Shown here piece after piece: positions 12,503 to 23,425 of a stretch of DNA of 64,000 nucleotides (position 1 is the stretch's first letter; each line of letters starts with the position of its first letter). The notes beneath the pieces are model-generated. The model worked only from the letters and a program-made list of their open reading frames with translations. It was not told where the DNA came from and ran no database searches. Position numbers and translations under genes: made by a program. Source of the DNA: Epithemia pelagica (Eukaryota; Protista; Bacillariophyta); contig OX337238.1 in NCBI GenBank assembly GCA_946965045.2, forward strand, positions 992,001-1,056,000, read 5' to 3'.

Positions 12503-14125
12503 ATGAGTGACGAACCTGCAGTGAACGGATGCTATTTGGTCAAGGCGATCTACTCGATCGCCTTGTTGATCTTCTCCATCATTGTTGTGATGGCTTTGAT
12601 CTTTGACGAACAGACCAGTCTTTCTGAAGATGTTCACCCGGCTTTGGCCTTTGTTTTGATCTGGGTTGCTTTGTTGTGGTTGTCTTTGGTCGAAGGTGGC
12701 CAAGCCTCCATGGTTGGTCTTCCTCCCATTGACCGTGAACTCTACCGTGAAAGTCACCCCATCTCTTTCCGCATCTGCGACCACGGACACAAGGGAGACA
12801 ACTTGGACCGTTACCTCATGGGCCGTCAATTCATGGTGTTGGCTTTGGTTTTCGTCATTAACAAGTCTGGTGCCCCTATTGAAGACGCTTCTGTGTTGAA
12901 CCTTCCCGATCCTCTTGCCAACGCTTTCCTCAAGTCCGGTTTGGCGATGATCCTCATGACTTGTATGATTGGTCAATTGAACACTCAAGTGAATGCTTCG
13001 CATTGTATGCTTGACTTTATCAATGACTGGGGTAACTGGTTCACTGTGAAGGTTGCCATGGCCATTGAAGCTTCTGGATTGTTGCACGCTTCTTACTTGA
13101 TTCAGATGATTGTTGCTGGATTGGCCGGCAAGCCCATCGAGTCTAACGAAGAACCCCGTGATGCTTTCATGAACATTTTGTTCTGGGGCCGTGTTCTTTT
13201 GTCGGTTGGTATTTTGACGTTTGCCTTTGTTGCTACTTTTGCCGCTTTGTTCGATGGCAAGACTACGATGTGGGACGGTGTACCTGAAGTTGTTGCCGTT
13301 GTTTTGTTCTTCTTGTTGATGGCCGTTGTTGGTATGCTTGAGGGTATGCAAATTGCCTTTTTCGCTGTTGCCAAGTTGACGGATGAAGAACGTAACTCGT
13401 CTGTATGGGCGTCCCGTACATGCAACTTGTTGTTCCAAGGAGAAGGCCACAACTTGCCAGGATTCATGGTTGGTCGTCAATTGTGCGTCGTGTCTTGTTT
13501 CTTTGTGATTGCCCGTGTGACCTCCATGGATGTCGAAGATGGTGAATCGAATGTTTTGGGAGTGTCTGACGGTGCTCAAGAATTCTTCAACACTGGTTTG
13601 TTGGGAGCCTTGATTACGACGATTGTTGCCTCTATCGCCTGGCAATTGGTTGCTTCTGCCTTCCCTGTTGCTTTCTTGTCCACTCCCATTACCTACATCT
13701 TGCTCCGCATCTGTTTGTTTTTGGAGGCGACTGGTATCTGTACTGGTGCCTGGGTTTTGGCTTCTATCCACCGCAAGGTTGCTGGATTCCAACGTGATGA
13801 AGTGTACGTTGGTACTGCCGAAGAACGTGCTGCTATGGAACATGGTGACAAGCCTGCGCACACTTCTGAAGTTGGTCATTTGGGCGGCGGTGCTTTCCCT
13901 GCCAACCATGACTTGCCATATGCGTCCACCGGCACTACTCCCACCCAACGCCGGGACCGCATCAAGGAGAACATTGCCATTTTGGAGCACCAAATTGATG
14001 TTGCCTCTAACGACGACGAAGCCGCCATTTTCGAATCTGCTTTGCGCAAGGAGAAGAATGCTTTGCGTCAAATCAACCGTGAAATGGGCCTCAACGAGAA
14101 GGAAGTCGAGATGGAAGACGCATAA
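12503..14125 (+). CDS. SIT: Silicon transporter, copy 2; protein identical to copy 1
   Basis: Same 540-aa sequence. The only nucleotide differences I found are synonymous (His CAT/CAC and the last two sense codons). Confidence 0.97.
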   Translation: MSDEPAVNGCYLVKAIYSIALLIFSIIVVMALIFDEQTSLSEDVHPALAFVLIWVALLWLSLVEGGQASMVGLPPIDRELYRESHPISFRICDHGHKGDNLDRYLMGRQFMVLALVFVINKSGAPIEDASVLNLPDPLANAFLKSGLAMILMTCMIGQLNTQVNASHCMLDFINDWGNWFTVKVAMAIEASGLLHASYLIQMIVAGLAGKPIESNEEPRDAFMNILFWGRVLLSVGILTFAFVATFAALFDGKTTMWDGVPEVVAVVLFFLLMAVVGMLEGMQIAFFAVAKLTDEERNSSVWASRTCNLLFQGEGHNLPGFMVGRQLCVVSCFFVIARVTSMDVEDGESNVLGVSDGAQEFFNTGLLGALITTIVASIAWQLVASAFPVAFLSTPITYILLRICLFLEATGICTGAWVLASIHRKVAGFQRDEVYVGTAEERAAMEHGDKPAHTSEVGHLGGGAFPANHDLPYASTGTTPTQRRDRIKENIAILEHQIDVASNDDEAAIFESALRKEKNALRQINREMGLNEKEVEMEDA

Positions 14126-14745
14126 GCTCCTTGATTGCATTCGAAAGGTTTGTGTGGACCTCTATGTGACTTGGGACGTTTGTGTCTGGCCTTGGCCATG
14201 CGAACGAATTGTCCATGGTCCTCAGGTGATGTTTTTTGTAGATAGACTCGAGTTTGATTGTGCTTGTTGGGACGAAGAAATGCTTGATCAGAGTTCAGTA
14301 ATCATTTCCTACCAGATATAATGATAGCACTTCATTTGATGAACACAGCATTGCGTACCTTAGATTTTGCAAATTGTCGTCCATGTCTAAGGGGAGATAG
14401 ACTTTTTCATGAGGAGAGGAGTAAACTTACAAACTAAAATAGTGCGATTGTGACTGGATTCCGGATCAACCTGCTGCATCTATCTGCGCGCGAGCAAAGG
14501 CAGTTCAACGCCGGCCCTGCCCAAAGTTCTGCCACGTCGCTCCATTCTCCATTCTTGTGAGGGAGATGTGGAATGAGAAAAATAAGTCCCGACTCCGATG
14601 ATTGTGGAATGAAAACACGAAACAAATCCACAACACAGAAAGGCCAAACCGAAACAACCGAAAAGAGAGATTGACCAAGACAACCGCCGGCCGACGCTCT
14701 TAGTAAGCCATCCCTACCGCGCCCACCCTCCCTAGGCCCTCCACA

Positions 14746-17132
14746 ATGGTGGAAAGCGGCGCGGACCCGCCGTGGACTATTCCGGTAAACCTGAATCCAC
14801 ACCGTCACACGGCGCGCACTCACCGGCCAGCCCATATCCGAGCACCCCCGCCGATTTGGGACGACCAACGACCGACACGCAAGGCGAACGATCTCATCGT
14901 CATGGAAAAACTTTCCGGTCTAAGATTTCGCACACAAACCAACGACAGAGACAAAGAAAAGCACCATGGTCGACTCCTCCACAGCACCACACCGTGCATC
15001 AACCGTATCGCCAAAACCCAGCCCCAAGAGGACCCTCGGCACACACCGCGGCAGCCACCCGTCCCTCGGCCAACCAAGTCCGCCCAAAAAAACCAACATC
15101 AACCAGCCATACAACAACACCCACTCCGTCCAGTCACTATCCTCCCTGCCACCCCAGCACCGAAGACACGTCGCATCATGAAGAACGTGGCCACACAAAC
15201 GGACACCCGGCACTCAGTCAAGACGCCACGTCGACAAGCAGCAGAAGTAGAAAAAACACACGTCGACAAAAACTATCGCCAGAACACAGAGGAAACACCA
15301 CCCCAAAATCGACAAACCACACTCACAATGCCGAAACAGTTTGACTCGTCATTGGGAAGCCTCCAGAACAAGCCTACTTCAGCAGCCGCCACTAGCCAAG
15401 CCACCATGCAAGCTTACTCCAAACTCGCTCCAGCCAAGAAGAAACCAGCCCCCAGGGAACGTCCCCAGGCCGGAATCATTACCCGCTCCAAGAAAGCCGA
15501 AGCCAACAAGGATCTAGACAACGACCACCAGCCCACTACAGCCGCCCGCCGCGGTACCACGTCCACCCCGCGCCGAGAACCCACCTACACCAACGCCATC
15601 ACCCCTGACCTGCACCAAATCAAAAATAACTACAAAAACATCCATCAGAAAAACCAGAAAAACAAAGAAACAAGCCACCACGACAAACACATCAACACGT
15701 CCTCTCCCACCGACGAAAACACCCGAGACATCGAAACACCAGGAACTGCACACTCCAACAACCACAACACGACTCAACATCAGATCCAAGGACACACGAC
15801 CCCAGGAACGGACAACGACACCACAGCAAACACCCAAGACGACATCAACCGCCAGGCACCAAACACGACACCCCCCCTCGCCACAAGGGCACGACAAACC
15901 TCATCTCCGGATACTGCCAACCCGTCACCAACACCCCAGAGAATCCCCACGAAGGAGACACCGCCACCGATCAAGACAACGAGCAAGACGTCGACGACAC
16001 AACAAACGCGACACCGTCCACGACCACACCCCTTCCGCCTCCCATTCGGAATCCGTACAAATCGCCAACCACCAAACCACTTCTCTCGGGAACCACAAAC
16101 AAAGATCCCCCGTGCTCGGTCCACCTCAACCTCGTGGTTCGCCACAAGGCCAACCACCAAGAAGAAGCATCACTCCCCCGCATCACAGAAACTGCACTCA
16201 AACAACTTTTCAACTCTGTATTCAAGCACCACGAATCGCGAGAGGACCCCATGTTCCTCGAGGTCCACCGTGTGGAGTTCCTCGAAACGAACCAACCAGC
16301 CCGCAAAGGCAACAACAACCGCGGACAGAAGGGACACAGCTGGTCCTTCCACATGACCATCCGACCCGCGCCAGCCAACGACGCGTTCGACACAGACAAC
16401 TACAAAGAACAGGCCATCCGCTTTGCCACACAAATGTGGCACAAGCACCACCAAGACGACTTCCGACACGACGAACACGGGGACCAATGGGTCCTCCGTC
16501 ACGGAGCGTAACAATCCAACCCAACTTCCAACCCACGGTTCAAGGATCTTGACATTTACATCCCGGCCTGCAACAACCGCACGGCCACAACCCAAGGCAT
16601 CATTGCCGGCATACCAGCGGCGGCGATCAAACACCGCAGAGGTTACATGGACATCGCAAGCACCTTGCACGACCACCTCATTGGCTACCTTCCAGGCCAA
16701 TTCCAACTCTTCGACGATTTCAGCTGCCATTTCGGTTGCCGCAACGGCACATTCAGCGGCGACCTACGAAACAAACAGCGAGGCCAAGTACCCGTCGTGT
16801 ACTTCTCAGCGTCCTCACGACACAACTTCGAACTCTTCTTGAGAGCATACAATGCTTTCCACCAAGCCGCCACAGAAAATGAAATTCGTTGGCGCGGAAA
16901 CGCAATCCAGGTACTGCCCATCCCCAAGAACCAACAAACCAGAACGACCACTCTCGAAGCATTAAAAGATCTCGATCAATACTTCGGGGCAAGCGTCAGG
17001 ATCCGCCTCCACCCGCTCAACGAGCTAGCTTCCTTGAGTGACTGGGACGACCTCCCGTCCATGCCGAACTATCAGGCAGTCTTTCCGGAGTTTTGCCACC
17101 ACCAACCCGAACCGGTAGTAAATCTACTTTAA
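14746..17132 (+). mobile_element. Interrupted ORF1/gag-like reading frame of an unclassified element (frame change near 15870, in-frame TAA at 16509-16511)
   Basis: Strongly A/C-rich sense strand like the neighbouring LINE. Frame 1 looks protein-like to about 15870; frame 3 then continues (IRNPYK...WVLRHGA*QSNPT...VVNLL). ATG context TCCACAATGG is the same as that of the LINE ORF1. Confidence 0.55.
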
Positions 17133-17336
17133 TAGCCAGGTTGGGACGAGGAGAAGCTAGGGTGTGAGGAGTGGCTTAACTCCGAGAAGGGCAATAGCGA
17201 CGAGGAGTGGACTGCCCCTGTGAGATCCGCGTAAGCGGATCGAGGGGGCAGTCCACGACGAGAAGCTATTGCCCGACGAGGAGTTAAGCCACGAGGAGCA
17301 CCCTGCGACGAGGAGTCCCCCGGGGCTATTAAAGTA
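17125..17336 (+). ncRNA. 212-nt rod-like fold-back structure: WC stems alternating with tandem G.A-pair blocks, GUAA tetraloop
   Basis: Stems: 17125-37/17324-36 (13 bp), 17143-47/17315-19, 17159-64/17299-304, 17171-82/17281-92, 17189-98/17265-74, 17207-18/17245-56 and 17224-30/17235-41. Loop GTAA at 17231-34. The intervening GACGAGGA-like segments face each other. Whether it acts as RNA or ssDNA is unknown. Confidence 0.85.
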
Positions 17337-17363
17337 TGTTAGCTTCCTTTGTCACGAGGAGTC

Positions 17364-17589
17364 GTGCCGGCGCACCCTAGGTAATTTTCGGTCTTCCTAA
17401 GTGATCGCTTATCTCTATCGATACTTAGTAATAGTTGGCCTATTTAGCTTTTTACATTCGCGCCGGCACAGTGTTAGTTAGGTATCTTGCTTGCGTGCTT
17501 GCGCACCTCATCCGATTGCTCGCGTTTCTCAATAAGCATCATACTGTCGTGCTTGCGCAACAAATCCGATGGCTCGCGTCTATCAAATA
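17364..17589. repeat. 10-bp inverted repeat (17364-73/17460-69) and approx. 41-bp imperfect direct repeat (17494-17534/17548-17589)
   Basis: GTGCCGGCGC / GCGCCGGCAC; CGTGCTTGCGCA....ATCCGAT.GCTCGCGT occurs twice. Confidence 0.8.
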
Positions 17590-17645
17590 GGTACATACGA
17601 CAAGTCGTGTTGTTTACATAGGCGTGACACAGGAATACATAGGTA

Positions 17646-18066
17646 ATGTCTATATATTACTTAGATCCCCCACCCCCCAACGGACATTCCCACGATAATC
17701 TCTCACAGACGACACATTTTGTGCAACAACAATGCAACAACATGATGAGAAAAGGAAGACAACCGACCATGGTGACTCCTCCTCCTTCTGTTGGAGTTGC
17801 TCATGCTTCCAAACAGGTTGATTGTGGAGTCATAGACCTTTGCACCCCTCCTGATGTAATAGATCTTTGTAGTTCGTCTTCGTCGTCTAGTTGCTAATCA
17901 GACTCTTCGGGCGAAACTCTCGTTTTTGTCACCAAGGACAATGCAACAGACGAATGGGATGGCAATCTCTTTCGCCGCTCGGAACTCTACTACGACTGCA
18001 CTGGCTCATCCGACGACTTCAGCGCCTGTAGTTCCGACCCTTGGGTCATGGAAATCCTACAGAGAC
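17646..18066 (+). pseudogene. Small ORF with two VIDLC (SUMO-interacting-like) motifs, continuing in frame past a TAA at 17895-97 to a GTAAG donor
   Basis: Track ORF of 83 aa. The same frame stays open after the stop (SDSSGETLVFVTKD...WVMEILQR). Confidence 0.3.
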
Positions 18067-18302
18067 GGTAAGTTTTCGCCGCGTTTCCCACCATTGTCGT
18101 GTGTTTTCGTTCCAGACGTCTTCCCAAAATTTCAAACCACCTGCCGTGCGCGCGCGCATGGTCGAGTCGCTGTTCTGTTTCCTACTGATTCCTACGTGTA
18201 ACCTACGTATCCGCACTTTCTCGCAAGTGTCACCGTCTTCACTTTCCTCACCCTCATTTTTCATTGTGCATCGTTTTTTCATCGTCGTTTCACAGCCTGA
18301 CC

Positions 18303-21300
18303 ATGGCGATTCGACAATCTCGCCGCCAAATGGAGCGGGCGGCCGCAAGAAACAATGTGGACGCCACAAACTCAACCAATAACGTGAACCCGTACCGAAA
18401 TCCCGGCCGCCCACCCAACAACCGTGCCAATCGTCCGCCATTAACGGAAGTGAACCTTCCTCCTTCCCGAAATCCTCGTCGACAACCACAACAACAAGAC
18501 AACATCCAAGCTACAGAGCAATCAAAGTAAGTGACAGTATGTTCTGTTTCTATTCTTATCTGTCTCATTCTAACCACCATGTTTCCTTTTTCCCTTCAGC
18601 AATGTTGCGAGGCCTGATCCTTCTTCCCGTCGTCACCAGATCGAAGGTCTCGATCTTCCCAATGGCGCCAACGACGCCCTTCTCAACGCCGCAACGGTTG
18701 TAGAATCATGCAAAGTGGATACCAAGCTTGTATCCCAAGCTTTGGTCAAACGGAAGCATCTGACATGGGATGCCGAAAAGGGCTCCATGCGGATTGGTGA
18801 GGTCACCTTCAACCCGCCCACCATGAACTCTTCTCGTGCACGTTCGTTGGCCGCCTGGAGTCAATATTGTCGTCTGTCTCCAACCATATACGGCAACAAC
18901 ACCTTCACCATCCGTGACCTCACTGGATGCAAGGCGTCATACGACAAAGAAAAGGCCGCTTCCGTCAACAAATTTTTGGAGTGTCTTCAAAAGCATCACG
19001 AGATGCACTTTCTTCTTGAAATCGTCGAAGATATCGATGAACTGTCGGGTGGAGATACACCAACGCCACTCCTCTTTCTTGCTCTCCGCGGAGTGAAGAC
19101 TCCATCGAAATTGACATTGTTGAATAGTTGCGTAATGGTTTTTGTCGTGAACCATCGAATGCGGGGTTTCAATATGGAAACGGATTCGGTGGAGGACCCC
19201 AAGTTTTTCTTCCAGCCCAACACAACAATGAAGATGCTGAACCATCTCTTCGCTCTTCTTAAAACACACGGGATCGTGATCGCTCAAAGTGATCTCAAAC
19301 ATGGGCTTGGCAATTACCATGCCTACCTTGCCGACATTTGGAACAAGGCAGCCCTCGTCCGACCCGAATTTGGCCGCCTACCCAATCGTGCACCAACGGC
19401 ATTCGACGACGAAGAAAAGATGCGGACATGCGAGCCGGAGCTTCGGCCGTTCGAAGACGGCGAGTATTCCACGGCTTTGAGCATGGGAGTCTACAAGACT
19501 TCCCGAGACTTCGGTCTCCGCGGCCCAGAAGTAAGTTGTTGTTTGTTGTTGTTGTATTTGTTGATTGTCGCCGTTGTTGTTGCTGCTGTTGTCTAACAGT
19601 TTGGTTGTTGCATGTTGTCTCCAGATAAGACTACTTAAAGTATCCGATTTAATTTTCAAGGCGTGTCTTGACAAATCATACGGAATGTTGGCTGGGCTTC
19701 CCGCGATTATTCTCAAAGAATCTGTGCTTGAGAAATCGTCGCACCTCGCGACGAACAATCTCGCCTTTGATCGAGTCGCCAACGATACACAAGACTCGTC
19801 GCACATGATCTTCGACAACCCAGATGATAAGTTTGCGACGTACAAGATCCTCTTGCACATCATGAAAGTGGCGCACCCGCCAGGATGGCAGGGTCTGCTG
19901 TTTCTAGAGCAGATACCCGCGAAACACCTCAAGGCCCGCAAGGATGGTGCGAAGCACCTCGGTTGGACTGAGCTCGTCCCCGAGACTTCACAGAATGACG
20001 CGGATGGATCTGGCTTCAAGTGTGCGGGTAGATTGGGCGTGAACTGGCCGTTGAGGAATGCCCGTCAACTTGCCATTCGTTGCAAGTTTGACAACGCCGA
20101 GAAGGTGACGTTCCGGACCGGCCGACGCACCGGAATCTCGAACGTTGCCAACTGTGGAGTACCACAGAAGTCGTCGAACTCCTTCGCCCGTCACAAGTCA
20201 AGTGAGGTCAACGTACTGTACCAGGACGTCTCGAAAGAAAATCATGTTCGGACCGTCACGGCCAACTGGTACCGTCCACCCGAAAAGAGCGACGAGGCCG
20301 ACAAAGAAAACACGAAGAATGGTACGTACACTCATTGCATGAATCACTCTTTCTACTTTGTTACTAACTACTCTGCTATTATGTTTAGATGAGAAGGGAT
20401 CCAAGAAGAAAGAGTCAAAAACCGCTTCATCCCCCTCGTCCTCGTCGTCGTCCTCCACCGACATTGAGGCCTTTATGAAAAAGGCCAAGAAGAAGATTCG
20501 CCGTCGCAAGGCGTTGCAGCAGCTCAAGGCTGCCAAGAAACAGAACGACGATTCGTCCATCGAAGACGAGGATTCATTGGCGCGAATCCTTCGTCTCTTG
20601 GACGACAAACCATCCAAGTCGTCCAAGTCGCAAACCCATGGTAAGTTGATTGTTGCTTTGTTGTTTTCTTGGTTGCATCGATCTCATTCCGTCTTCTCTT
20701 GACCACAGACACCAAATCCAAGAAAAAACGCAAGAAGAAGAAGAAGAAGAGTAAGTCGATCGCGGACTCATCATCATCGTCATCTTCATCGGATGGCATG
20801 CTTGAAGTTCTTTCCCGATGTCAAAAGAAAAAGAAAACTTCTCCGCCCTCTACCATCGTTGGTGCGTAGATTGTTTTGTTTTGTTTGATTGTTGCTTTAT
20901 ATGTTCTCACTGCCATTCCCTGTTTCATCACCTTCGTCCACTCCAGTGGCTTCTTCAAAGCCTCCTCCACCACCTCCAGTCGAGCATGAAGCGCCACAAC
21001 CGCCACCACCAGTCGTTGTACCACCACCACCAACAACAACAACAACCACGGTGGCCGTGCAACCACCACCAGCTACGTCAACAATGGACCAACATGCACC
21101 ACCTCCAAACAGTGCAACAGTCCAAGCACCAACAACAACCACCGTAACAGCCATGAAACAACCTCCACTGCCATCTACTGTTACGGCCACGCATCCACAC
21201 CCAACAGCAACGACTGAGCAACAGCCACCACCACCACCACCACCAACCATTGCGACCACGGAACCAACGGTATCCGCTGCAGCTCCACCAGCCATTGCGA

Positions 21301-21813
21301 CCACATCAACGTCGCAACCACCTCCACCACCACCAACCATTGCGACCACGGAACTGCCACCACCACCCACAAATGTGCCATCGTCAACGGCCCTTGTTCC
21401 GACGGAACTCCACACCAGCCACCACAATCTCTCTCAGAATCATCACGGTGGATATCATCGCAATGACGGTAGTCGAGACCGCGGGGTTGATTGTCGTGTG
21501 GAGGAGCACCATCGTGTTGCTTATCATCGCAACAACTGGTACTCCCCACCTCCACCACCATCCGACTCGCCGCCATATCATCCTCATCATCATTCCCACC
21601 ACCATTCTTCCCGAGGATACCACCACCGCCCGTACACTCCATCGCCACCACCCCCACCGTACTACCGTGACCACATCCACCACCGTGGTGGTGGATACAC
21701 TCCACCACCGTGGTGGTGGATACACTCCACCACCTCCAGATCATCATCATCATCACCATCATCGTGGTTCGCGTTACCATGGCGGTAGCCATGGATACGG
21801 CTACCACTATTGA
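18303..21813 (+). mobile_element. Crypton-like tyrosine recombinase gene, 6 exons (18303-18526, 18600-19530, 19625-20321, 20389-20640, 20709-20861, 20947-3' end)
   Basis: All five introns are GT-AG and preserve frame. The spliced protein has FQPNT, G..PNRA...DEEK, FGLRGPE (Arg at 19519), EKS, LGVN, TFRTGRRTGIS, ARHKS and LYQ (Tyr at 20219) in Crypton/DUF3504 order. A K/S-, P/T- and H/Y-rich tail follows. Confidence 0.8.
21678..21727 (+). repeat. 25-bp tandem duplication shifting the frame of the recombinase C-terminal tail
   Basis: CACCACCGTGGTGGTGGATACACTC occurs twice. Removing one copy joins HHRGGGYTPPP to PDHHHHHHHRGSRY...HY* (stop 21811-13). Confidence 0.8.
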
Positions 21814-22314
21814 AGTACCATAGTATTCGGTACGTTTGCTGTTGTTGTTGCATTCTTGTTGATTGCTGTATCATTGTTCTTACCCCTTTATTCACTCTTT
21901 TTGACAGATTGAAGTCGCTATTGCTCTTTGCATGACCATTTGGGTGGTGGTCTCTAGCTTGACGTCTCGAAAGGTACGTGAGAATTAGATGATGACACTT
22001 GTTCCGCGTTCCACTCCACGTTACGTACCAGTTTCTCACACGTTCACGATTTTTGTAATTCTGTCTTGGCATGAAATTTCGTGGTGCATCTCTTTGCTAC
22101 TGAATTTTCCGTGTCGTGTGAAAACTCGTCTGTGTCGCGTTTCAATTATTGCCTACATTTTGATTATTGTTTTTTGGTCTCTGTGTTTCCGTTGCTGTTG
22201 CTGGTGCTTGCTGCTTGATTCGTGTGGTGTTTGTTTGTTGTGCTCTTCTTTTTTCCGTTGGTGCACCTCTTGTTCGCTTTGTGCTCTTTCCCGTATTCTC
22301 TCCCTGTGGATTTC

Positions 22315-22365
22315 CTGGGTGTACTACTTTTCTGGGTGTACTACTTTCCTGGGTGTACTACTTTT
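22315..22365 (+). repeat. Three tandem 17-bp units CTGGGTGTACTACTTT(T/C)
   Basis: Read directly from the sequence; lies about 25 bp upstream of the LINE target-site duplication. Confidence 0.9.
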
Positions 22366-22585
22366 TCATTTTGGGCTATTCTAATTTTATACACTAAAAT
22401 AAAAATCCAAGTACAGTAATTTTTAGGGCTTATGTAGTGTGGGTAGCGTTTTGGGAAAGGTACGACGACGAGTGGTGAAGGTAGCATTCCACCTACACCT
22501 GCTCCGTACACCGGACACACACCACATCAACTCGACGACAATCCGAAACTACCCCGGCTTCCCATCGAACATCCTCCGTTCCACA

Positions 22586-23425
22586 ATGGCGGCGGCGGCG
22601 GCGGCACCGGCTAGCCAACAAAACAACAACGAGCAGGCGGGCCAACCCACCACCCACACGGCAAGACTCCTCGACCTCACCCGTCGAATTACTCAGCGCA
22701 ACCAAGAAACAAACGAAAACAACTCGGACACCACAACGACCCCAACAACAAGAGCACGATCGACCACACCGACAACACAACCACCACGAAAAAGGGCCGC
22801 CCCTTCCGACGACACAAACGGAAACCAGGAACAAGAGGCCCCAACAGACAACGATAGCGATCCATACGACGACCGATACAACTGGACCGCAGTCGCAGAG
22901 ACGGTCGCCCGACAAGCAGAAACACATCACCACAAAGGATTGGACATCCAAACGGACAGCCGAAACACCTTCTCCACTCTGTCCTCGATCAATCGATACT
23001 CCGTCTTAGGCGAACACCCAGAGAACGATTACAACGAAGAAACAGACCGCTACCACGACGGGAACCCAAATGACGTGGAAATGGAGGAAGAAGAATTAGA
23101 CGAGTGGGACAACATGTCGGATTCGGAACGCTCCAGAGCCTTACTTCAACCAAACGACACTTCCCACAACAACCCCTCACAGAACACGATGAGCGAGATT
23201 CAACAAATCACCGCATTCGTTCAACAAAACAACAGCTCCCAACTCCCAGCCCTGGAGAAATACATCGGCACCATCACCTCCTTCACCACGGAAACAGATG
23301 CGCAAGACGCCTGGGAATTTGCGGAGAGGCTTGTCCAGCAGAAACGGCCCTCAAATTCCCCCGTCGCCGGCCCCCGCCCCGGCCATGTGGACCCGCATGA
23401 CAATATGGGCCAAAGGGCCGAATGA
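22586..23425 (+). CDS. LINE ORF1, 279 aa, low-complexity and acidic
   Basis: ATG at 22586. Its TGA (23423-25) overlaps the ORF2 ATG (23422-24). Confidence 0.6.
   Translation: MAAAAAAPASQQNNNEQAGQPTTHTARLLDLTRRITQRNQETNENNSDTTTTPTTRARSTTPTTQPPRKRAAPSDDTNGNQEQEAPTDNDSDPYDDRYNWTAVAETVARQAETHHHKGLDIQTDSRNTFSTLSSINRYSVLGEHPENDYNEETDRYHDGNPNDVEMEEEELDEWDNMSDSERSRALLQPNDTSHNNPSQNTMSEIQQITAFVQQNNSSQLPALEKYIGTITSFTTETDAQDAWEFAERLVQQKRPSNSPVAGPRPGHVDPHDNMGQRAE

Noticed and set aside
9786-14140. 527-aa and 582-aa antisense ORFs over the SIT genes
   Set aside because: Codon-aligned mirror of a highly biased sense gene; no recognisable motifs.
17125-17336. Rod interpreted as a hammerhead ribozyme, CRISPR array or SECIS
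   Set aside because: No CUGANGA/GAAA core; no repeat-spacer periodicity and the host is a eukaryote; the upstream internal stop is TAA rather than TGA, and no apical AAR SECIS geometry is present.
22419-22427. TTTTAGGG at the LINE 5' end as a telomeric target
   Set aside because: Only one unit; expected by chance.
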